Below the pieces are notes generated by a model. That model ran no database searches. It worked only from the letters and a program-made list of their open reading frames with translations, and was not told the origin of the DNA. Position numbers and translations under genes: made by a program. DNA of 64,000 bases, taken from contig CM082590.2 in NCBI GenBank assembly GCA_040954595.2, positions 9,261,988-9,325,987 on the forward strand. Direction: 5' to 3'. Position 1 is the first letter of the stretch; every line of letters begins with the position of its first letter. Below are positions 55,782 to 64,000 of the stretch, in pieces. The stretch is from Balanoglossus misakiensis (taxonomy: Eukaryota > Animalia > Hemichordata).

Positions 55782-57373
55782 TAAAAACACGTATCCCCAC
55801 GTTGCCACAGTCCAGTATTCATTCTGATGAGTAGAAAAAAGGAGGAAACTTTTAATGAGAAAGTATCAAAACGCACTGAGGTCCTGATAAAACCAAGATT
55901 ATATTCAACTTTCAGGTTTATTTTGCAAACAAGACATGATGTAAAGACAAGGACCCCACAATGAACTTGAGATGAGTGAACACTTCAATACAACGACATT
56001 TCTCTTTTTATTAGCCAATAATGCGAGAACTTCATCCTTGATATCATCGCACCAACAGACTTCAGGGGGACATTTTTTGGCGATCCACGATACCTTCGTC
56101 GTCAATAGCACGTTCAGTTCATGGACATATTGTATTCGAATTCGATCTCGCCTTTTGACGAATACGGTACGTTTTCAACTGGTGACGAAAGTTAATTACT
56201 AAAGCCTAGTAGGCCTATTCGGTGAAAAGCGGTTTTATTTTAGTTTTTACAACACTGACAAAACCGTATTAAAATTTCTCCAGCACAGACAATTTATTCG
56301 TCGGTTAGTTTTTTTTTTATATACGGTAATACCTACAAAATGTACACCATTTTAAGGTAGAAAAAGTAAAAAACGAAGCAAAGATCACTGCTACCTGGCC
56401 TTTGCTTGTTAAAAAGTATCACGAGTCAAGGTCACCTGACTTTGGGCCAATAGTAAACATGTACCTTCACAACAACAAAAATTTGCATAAAGCGTGCGCG
56501 CTTGTAAGGTTATTTCAGGACACCACAATATTGTGTCACCCAGAAGACGCGACTAAGCCTAAATTTCTGGGAATGTTTTAAGTTCCTCTTTACTATAGTT
56601 AACCGGTGACTATTCTTTCGGCGATAATGTTTATGTTAAAGCCCATCGGCTAATTAATTAACATCCCGTCCCATAATTTATTTACCAATACACCCCGTCC
56701 AACACATGGTCGCGCGTCGCACACGCGTCCGTTCAACTGGATATTCCACGGTCTTGCAAAATACACAACACAAACAAGTTTTCCTGGGGTTGAAACTAAC
56801 CTTAAACCTACGCTCGCTCAACTTCTTAGGCTCGCTTACTATCCAAGCTAAGGAATTGTGTAAATTTTCAGCGAAAATCTCAGGTAGCCGTGAAATAGTA
56901 TTTCAGACGACTTGCATCGATAACAGTGACGTGTGCAGAGCCCTCTACGTCATAATATTCTTTCAGCGCGTGCGTCGACTGAAACTTCAATCGAGCCGTA
57001 TGCGGGCGCTCTGGCCCTTTGCTCGAGTTCGTTTTTTGACAAGAATTTCTCAATAAAGTGAGGCTAATTTCGGAAAATTGCTGTTCTTCGGTTGAGAATT
57101 TACTCCTACAAAAAGCTGGGAGCAGATGGTAACAAGATATCGCCCAAAAGACGTGTTTTGAGGACGAGAGCGTGATTTTTTATCTCTCCAACAAGTCAGC
57201 AAAGCATCCAAGATGATGACGATGATTATGATTATGTTTTCATTATTTTCATTTCTTCAACAGATACTGTGTGAATCAACGACCACAGACTACGGATGGT
57301 ATAGGGGTATATCCATGTCCCCCAACAATAAATAAAAACAAACATATATGCCAATCCCATTTCTTTGCAGTCC

Positions 57374-57379
57374 TTTAAT
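57374..57379 (-). terminator. Candidate EPG5 polyadenylation signal (ATTAAA)
   Basis: ATTAAA on the minus strand about 940 nt past the stop, followed by a GT/T-rich stretch (TGTTTGTTTTTATTTATTGTT, about 57325-57345). Confidence 0.45.
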
Positions 57380-58140
57380 TACATAATCAAATCAAAAACA
57401 ATTTTCCACGAGAGTTGTTTGACTGAAATTAATCGCATGCTATATGTGCATGTACACATAACTGGACATCAACAAATGCTTTTGAACATTTCATTTACAA
57501 TTAGGTGGGACATTCATATTAAAAGACTTGAAAGTTTTCTTTCAAAATGCATACTTCATATACATATATACAAAACACATGCAATATCGCAATTCAAACG
57601 CACCAGTTAACACATGAAATTAAAATAACAAAACTTGTAATTCATGCATTGCAAGTTATCCCTCAAAAGTGTCGGAAGGCAAGGAAAGTATATTTCATTT
57701 TCAGCTCGAATGTAAGAAATCTACCATCAACACAACGATACCTGTCATGCAGATTATTGAAATAAATTTGACCATGTATTCGACCAGTTTAACAATTTTA
57801 CGGTGATCTAACCATCATCTGTTGGCAAGTCCATTACCATTTTCTGATCTTGGAACTTACAACAGAGGGAAGTGAAATCTATTGATCAAGAGTGACTATG
57901 ACAACAGCTCGGATAGGCAAACATGGAAGACATGTACTTGTAATACATGTACATCAACTTGGGTATTGGACATCAACTGAGGTAAAAAATTGTCACAATC
58001 AATTACATATTCTATACTTATACACCTGCTTGATAAGCTATGCCTGTTTCCATAACATCAAAGGTAACTTACAATGTACAACGTTAACACACTTGGACAG
58101 TTTTACATCCAGGAATTGCAAGATATGTTACTATCTTGTT

Positions 58141-58232
58141 TTGACCCTTTCACCAACATGGTTCAGTCCAACCCATTGTTTTCTATAGAAAGGTTGGACC
58201 TCTATAGATGGAACTGGGGGTGAAAGGGTTAA
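58141..58232. mobile_element. piggyBac-like 90-bp MITE copy in the EPG5 3'UTR
   Basis: TTGACCCTTTCACC...GGTGAAAGGGTTAA, about 90 nt past the EPG5 stop. Confidence 0.78.
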
Positions 58233-58319
58233 CAAGATCACTAAATTGATACACCACAATGGAGATAAACTGAGTTACTTCAAAAATGTAAATTACATGT
58301 ATACATAAAGGTACAGTAG

Positions 58320-58680
58320 TTACTTGTAAATGTCTGTTTTCAATATTGCTAAGTAATTCTTCTCTGGGAATAAGTTGTTCGCGAGCATCGCGAGAAGTTT
58401 AGATGTGTCTCGTAGAGAGTGGGCAGGATCAGTGACGAACGCACTTGCGAGATACGCTGTGTCCCGCAGTGCTGCGTAGTGTTTGTTGTTCCTTAGTGAT
58501 TCTAGGCTCGCGAGGGCTTGCTGTGCTTTGGCTGTTGGGTGGACGTTCGGTTGATTTGGTAAGGGCGCCCTCTGGTGTTTGCTGATTGCCGCCGGGGCGT
58601 GTGGCTGGGTCCGCAAGTAGTTGTTGCCAGGCGTCTGGGCCAGTAAGAAGGCAGAAAGACTCCGACAGACAAGTCGAATC
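58320..58680 (-). CDS. EPG5: EPG5 terminal exon: (R)IRLVCRSLSAFLLAQTP...KAQQALASLESL...LFPEKNYLAILKTDIYK*
   Basis: TTTTCAG acceptor, 361 nt, TAA stop. Resembles the EPG5 C-terminus (FRVVARSMAAFL...KAQQALNALESM...LYPEVHYL). Confidence 0.93.
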
Positions 58681-59055
58681 CTGAAAAGAGAGTGCGAGAA
58701 TTACTGAAACGTACGATTACCGTATTTACCATGTTAACCACCACCCAGATCAACAAACTCTGCCTGCTTGACTTCTGAACCAATGTTCTATGGAGTTCTG
58801 AAGAATTCTACAGAACTGTATAGAAATAAGGACCAAAACTACATAGAAATCTGTAGAGAGCCACAAAGTTCTATAGACTGTATAGAATTCTATACACGTC
58901 TATATTCTGTAAGCTCTTTCAGGCCATTCAGACATCAGTTTAAGCACGTGACCGTGGTTTAAGTGAGATGATCTCTGAGGAGAAACATGTATATTTGCCA
59001 AAGAATATGCCTACCAGTTTTACTCCCAGGAAAGAGATCATAAAAGTTCACTTAC

Positions 59056-59262
59056 CTGAGAGACAGATTTGATCGTCTTCCCAAACCAATGGCACCTAAC
59101 AATCCTGAGGAATCCTTGTCTTCTCCCAGGGAATTCAAAGCAGGGGTTAAATTATTGATGGTGCGGATGACATAATGATGAGGAGCACCAAAGTCGACTT
59201 GGCGAAGACACAGTTCCACAGCTTTGGACCACCACAGCATCAGCTTACTTTCATTTTCTGGG
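59056..59262 (-). CDS. EPG5: EPG5 exon: PENESKLMLWWSKAVEL...LGEDKDSSGLLGAIGLGRRSNLSL
   Basis: 207 nt, phase 2 to 2, CAG|GTAAGT donor. Contains the EPG5 hallmark GED..SGLLGAIGLGR.S.LS. Confidence 0.95.
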
Positions 59263-59527
59263 CTGTTTGGGTGAAGAAATAAAACATAAATTTCGGTAGT
59301 TAACACCTTGAAAATCAAATTTATTTTGCTCATAGTGATTTTAGTGCATTCTCTCGCAAAATTGAGAATAAAGATTAGGGTTTACCATGCAAAATTTTCA
59401 ATCAAAAAATCAAATTTGTCGTGAATTTGAAATTCAAAATGGCTGACTGTTTGTGAGTTAACTCTATGGTGAAAATTTGAGTAATCAATTAATCCAGGCT
59501 AATCCAGTATGTCTTTATTTGCTTTAC

Positions 59528-59747
59528 CTTGGTTTTGCACACACTGTCCAGTTTACTATCTTGGTGAGAATATCCAGCTCGTTGTTGAGGTTCTGGCAGA
59601 GGGGGAGTTTTTGCAACATGTACGCGTAGAGCGTCAGATAACTGCCATTTCTGACGCATTCTTCCAGGAATTCTTCGTGAGTGAGCTCTGGAACCTGTAG
59701 TCTTTCTAGAATGCTTCTCCAACCACCGTACTGACCCAAATCAATTC
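59528..59747 (-). CDS. EPG5: EPG5 exon: IDLGQYGGWRSILERLQVPELTHEEFLEECVRNGSYLTLYAYMLQKL...CAKP
   Basis: 220 nt, phase 1 to 2. GW..I...LQVPELT.EEFL.EC...GSYLTLY motif as in EPG5. Confidence 0.94.
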
Positions 59748-59952
59748 CTGAGGAATACAGAAACAGTAGCAGTCACATTGTTAGCCATGATGTACATTGC
59801 AATGCAAAGTAACAACCACATCATTTTAGCAGTTACTTGCGCCTACTCTGACTTGCTAGCAACTCTGTGGTAAGGGACCATACCCGCAACCACAGATTAA
59901 AATGACTAAGGGATGGAAAGGTGCAGAGATCAATGATGGATCAATGATTGCC

Positions 59953-60046
59953 TTAACCCTTTCATCACCCTGGTTCAGTCCAAACCCATTGTTTTCTATG
60001 GTAAAGTTGGACCTCTATTAGAGGGAACTGGGGGTGAAAGGGTTAA
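59953..60046. mobile_element. piggyBac-like 90-bp MITE copy in an EPG5 intron
   Basis: TTAACCCTTTCA...TGAAAGGGTTAA with both TTAA intact. Confidence 0.8.
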
Positions 60047-60054
60047 TTACTTAC

Positions 60055-60303
60055 CTGAGTTGAAATATGAATCCATGCAAGCCTCTACAATGACTGTCAT
60101 ATCCCTCAACGATGCCAGCGTTCTACATGCAGCCGTGATACAAGGCAACAAGAGTCCGCTACAAGGATTTGCTTCAATCCAATCTAACAGTGTCTTCTGG
60201 ACGATCTCTATCGCTCGGCCGGTCGATGCACAGTTATTAAGGAGGTTCAACACTTCTATTAGTAGATCCACTAACTCCATCGCCATGGCGTTGGTGTCTA
60301 CAG
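60055..60303 (-). CDS. EPG5: EPG5 exon: VDTNAMAMELVDLLIEVLNLLNN...CITAACRTLAS...VEACMDSYFNS
   Basis: 249 nt, phase 1 to 1, CAG|GTAAGT donor. A second in-frame AG lies 6 nt downstream of the chosen acceptor. Confidence 0.92.
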
Positions 60304-60425
60304 CTGTCAGTGAGAAAAATATAGTGCTTGTTATAAAACTTAAGAAACTTTGCCTGAATAAAACAGAACATGCTCTGAAATTTCATACATTGGATAGCGG
60401 TGCAAAAAAACCCTCAGAGACTCAC

Positions 60426-60619
60426 CAGCTGATGCCACAGATTCCAGATCCTGCATGAGATCATTGATGGCAAATTTGAAGCTGTCGACTTTGACTTCTG
60501 ACTTGTGCGAACACTTGCAAATCATCTGCACAATGCATCGGATGTAGGAGCATCGCTTCCGGGGCGTGTCAGCGCTGATCGCTACATCTGGACGGAATCC
60601 TCCGGCTGCTCTCAGCAAC
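60426..60619 (-). CDS. EPG5: EPG5 exon: LLRAAGGFRPDVAISADTPRKRCSYIRCIVQMICKC...DLESVASA
   Basis: 194 nt, phase 2 to 1, TCCAG acceptor and G|GTGAGT donor. Phases fit both neighbours. Confidence 0.9.
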
Positions 60620-61654
60620 CTGGATGAAAAGATGGAATTTTACCTGAGATTCCTGAAAAGTGGTATAGCCCTGTTCCTTCTTCAAGGATGGGGAGATACT
60701 ATTTCTGTGATGGGTAGAGGTGTGATGTTGGTCTTTACTGTTTGGCAATAATAGATGGGGTGATCTATGTTGGTGGCGGGGTGTATTAGCTGTTTGATGG
60801 GGATTCGTTGGTTCAGATGGTGTATCAGAACTGTGAAATGTTGGGATGTGCAGTGAAACCTGTTCCAGTCTCTGAGCAATTTACATGTGCATTAATTGAC
60901 CTGTCTATAGGCCAGTTTGAAAAGTCCCTTGACTGGCACAGGTTAGGATGTAAAATGCAAACAAGTTCAATGATACCTTGTGTGAAATAACCAATATATG
61001 TCTCCATTGAAAACTCATGCAAATGCTGTTTTGTGTATCATTTACTAAAGATCACCACTGGAGATCAAGAGCATTCTCCACCATAAGTCTATCCCATCAA
61101 GATCAAGATTTTTCACCACTGTTCATTCAAACTCTCCTGTTTGTGCCTTGAAAACCAGCAGAGCATTCTCATAGAAACATATTGTTTGGAACTGCCCACC
61201 TCTGACAGAATACTACCAAAAACTACAAAAGACATTAATTCTATTTGTGTATATTCCAGAAAAAAACTATTAAGTATGCACTAAAACATGCACTGCATGC
61301 TGTAGCTGTTTGATGATGTCTCATGAAAAATTATACACATACAACTACGTAAACATGCATCTACTGTTAGGGGGCTCTCACCTACGAATCGTCATATGTA
61401 AGAACAAACTACGACAACAAAAGTACGACATACATATTACAAAAAAAAAAAGAAAACAGAACAAGTCAATAATCATGCTTTTAGAAATACACTAATTACA
61501 ACTTGTATCTGACATGCTCTACTGGTAGTTTAGAACAAAAAATGATGCTGTTATTCAAGGGAAATTCTATGAACTTCAAGTCTATTTCTAAGTGTGTCTG
61601 ATAAATTTTGATGGGTTTTTCATGCTTCAACTACAAATGTACTTGTCAGTTGGT

Positions 61655-61665
61655 TAGTCAGTCAG

Positions 61666-61709
<44 letters not shown>

Positions 61710-61710
61710 C

Positions 61711-61749
<39 letters not shown>
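61655..61749. repeat. (CAAT)n microsatellite in an EPG5 intron
   Basis: Direct reading. Confidence 0.95.
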
Positions 61750-61775
61750 GTCAATGATTGTATAGGCTTGCATAC

Positions 61776-61933
61776 CTGAGACCTCTGTCTTCCATTCCTC
61801 TTCGTTCAGCCAGCACTGCATCCGGATCCGTGTTATTCAACTGCCACTGGATAATGTTCTCATAGGCACTGCTATCCACATAGGCCCACTGGAATGATTC
61901 CGCTGTTGCCATTAACGACTGCATCGCTGTATT
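61776..61933 (-). CDS. EPG5: EPG5 exon: NTAMQSLMATAESFQWAYVDSSAYENIIQWQLNNTDPDAVLAERRGMEDRGL
   Basis: 158 nt, phase 0 to 2, GTCAG acceptor and CAG|GTATG donor. Hand-translated open frame. Confidence 0.9.
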
Positions 61934-61981
61934 CTGACAAGAAACACATGAAAAGGATTCTTTATCAAACCAGTGTTTTTT

Positions 61982-62152
<171 letters not shown>

Positions 62153-62273
62153 AAACTGAAAGATGTACAGACAGACTGAGAGAAAGACAGACAGAGACAG
62201 TCAGGCAAGCAGACACACAGAGAGTCAGACAGATGGACAGAGAATCACGTAAACACACCCAAAATACACTTAC

Positions 62274-62456
62274 AGTTAAGATGATAGTCTTCTCCTTGGC
62301 AAACATGACAAAGAGTAAAAGCAGAGCCACATGTAATCTGCTGGCCACTTCTGGAGACTCATTCCGAGAATAGTGGTCGGTGATGGCAGTCCAGTTCATT
62401 TGTGGAAAGATGCAACCAAGGAAGGTAAAACAGTCGGGTGAACTCTCTGCGTGTAA
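62274..62456 (-). CDS. EPG5: EPG5 exon: LHAESSPDCFTFLGCIFPQMNWTAITDHY...LLLLFVMFAKEKTIILT
   Basis: 183 nt, phase 0 to 0, CTCTAG acceptor and GTAAGT donor. Confidence 0.9.
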
Positions 62457-62636
62457 CTAGAGGGAGATGGAGACATAATCGCTTGATTAATTGCTAATGA
62501 AAACCAACTAGGCAATCATCCATCTATCGAACTAATCATTCACTCACTCATTGAATCAGACGGTTGATTAATACACACCACAACAGGCAGTGTATCTTTT
62601 CTATTGAAACAGTTTTCTATTTGAGCTTTGACTTAC

Positions 62637-62812
62637 CTTCAACATGAGTTCCACAGCCTCTAATCTCGGGTAAAACTGCTGCCATGGTAACACAATAAAC
62701 CTGGCATGGTAGACTCTGAGAACATGATCCACAACTCCCTTGTGCGCCAACACATTGACATAGTACGGCCAGAATAAACTCAGTGCATCTCGGGTATAGT
62801 GTGGTAGGATAT
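62637..62812 (-). CDS. EPG5: EPG5 exon: (D)ILPHYTRDALSLFWPYYVNVLAHKGVVDHVLRVYHARFIVLPWQQFYPRLEAVELMLK
   Basis: 176 nt, phase 1 to 0, TTCCAG acceptor and AAG|GTAAGT donor. Different frame from the listed ORF 62617..62880. Confidence 0.9.
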
Positions 62813-62968
62813 CTGGAATATAGGCAAAGTAGTGTCAATGGCACTGCTGCTCCCATTCTGACCAACAATATACATGACACATTGTATTATTTTACATACA
62901 GAAATAAGCTAAATGTGCAACTCTGAAATGAGTTTGACAAAAATTCCCCTTTTCTCCTGATTACCAAC

Positions 62969-63151
62969 CTTGAAACTGTACTTGAAGGCACTGTACGGAT
63001 TCTGTGAACAGCGCCACCATGTCAGTGGCCGCGGGGCTGTCACTCTCCAACCAGGGCGCTACAAGATGGCTGCCAGTTGTTGTCAGAGTTTCTATGGTAA
63101 CAATCCACGGGGTGAATAATTCCTGAATCAATTTCCAAAGCTGATCAATAG
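62969..63151 (-). CDS. EPG5: EPG5 exon: (A)IDQLWKLIQELFTPWIVTIE...LVAPWLESDSPAATDMVALFTESVQCLQVQFQ
   Basis: 183 nt, phase 1 to 1, TTACAG acceptor. The donor AAG|GTTGGT is the only phase-compatible one. Confidence 0.9.
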
Positions 63152-63326
63152 CTGTAATGCAATGGAAATACAAATGTCATTCACTTTTCTTATTGTTTAC
63201 TAGAGACATCCATTGAAATGTAAAACATTGATAATAAGTTCACTTCTATAGACTATAGAATTCTATAGATATCTATAAAATGTTTTGAAGGGTTGTAGCC
63301 TCAATAAAACATCATCCAGGTCAACC

Positions 63327-63411
63327 TTAACCCTTTCCCCACCATGGTTTGTTCCAAGCCCATTGTTTTCTATGGTACATTTGGACCTCTCTACAGGGAT
63401 ATGGGGGTGAA
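63327..63411. mobile_element. piggyBac-like MITE copy, right end truncated
   Basis: TTAACCCTTTCCCCACCATGG...GGGGGTGAA. Confidence 0.72.
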
Positions 63412-63424
63412 CTCAGAACCTTAC

Positions 63425-63623
63425 CTTGTTCTACACCCATTCCAATCGAGATCACCCTTTCAGCCTCTTTCACAATGTGGCTTTGCGACAGAAACCCGAG
63501 GAAGTTCGACAGAGCCTTGATGTACGGTCTCCATTTGCTGTACAGTCCGAACTTGGCAACATCGGGGCTTGAGACGCGAAGTTTCTGAAAATAACTAGTC
63601 AGCCATTCCATCGTTTCTTTGAT
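63425..63623 (-). CDS. EPG5: EPG5 exon: IKETMEWLTSYFQKLRVSSPDVAKFGLYSKWRPYIKALSNFLGFLS...MGVEQ; the gene continues right of the window
   Basis: 199 nt, phase 0 to 1, TTTTCTTCAG acceptor and AAG|GTAAG donor. FGL.SKW.PY motif. Confidence 0.92.
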
Positions 63624-63872
63624 CTGAAGAAAAAAAGGAACATTGTTTTTTCATTTGTGACTGACCACAATTTCTTTTTAAACAGTGCAATCTATATTAC
63701 TAACAGCCAGCACCCTTGTTGACTGCAGTACAGCTAACTTTATACATGGTCAATTTGTTGTCTGAATTGAGACTTATGATCAGTAATTATTAGTACGTTG
63801 AGTTTGCTGTGTGGCAAACAAGGGTACTGGCTGTAATGTAACAGACACACCAGGTAGCAGGCTTCACCACCA

Positions 63873-64000
63873 CAACAACACACACACACACATATATATA
63901 CACACACTGATACACATACATGTAAGGTACACATCACACACACACACACTCACATACACATACACACTCTCAAACACACACACATATATACTGACACACA
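63873..64000. repeat. Degenerate (CA)n/(TA)n microsatellite
   Basis: Direct reading. Confidence 0.85.

Overview
This is AT-rich, intron-rich animal genomic DNA, not prokaryotic. The microsatellites, MITE content and protein divergence suggest a marine invertebrate deuterostome such as a hemichordate, but that is an inference. Most ORFs in the supplied track are spurious. Three spliced genes were rebuilt by hand with GT-AG sites and consistent phases. (1) The 5' part of talin on the minus strand: 7 coding exons, 225 aa covering F0, F1 and the start of F2, ATG at 27643, with a probable non-coding first exon/promoter near 52.65-52.8 kb. (2) A two-exon gene I do not recognise on the plus strand (54632-55781, about 281 aa), with an Arg/His-rich N-terminus, two hydrophobic helices and PPxY motifs. 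(3) The last 10 exons of EPG5 on the minus strand (709 aa plus stop). The introns hold several non-autonomous DNA transposon families: piggyBac-like TTAA MITEs, Kolobok-like TTAA MITEs, TA-flanked Tc1/mariner/pogo-like MITEs, and a 1.16 kb Helentron-type element with internal tandem repeats nested inside another MITE. All family assignments come from recalled sequence and structural hallmarks, not from database searches.
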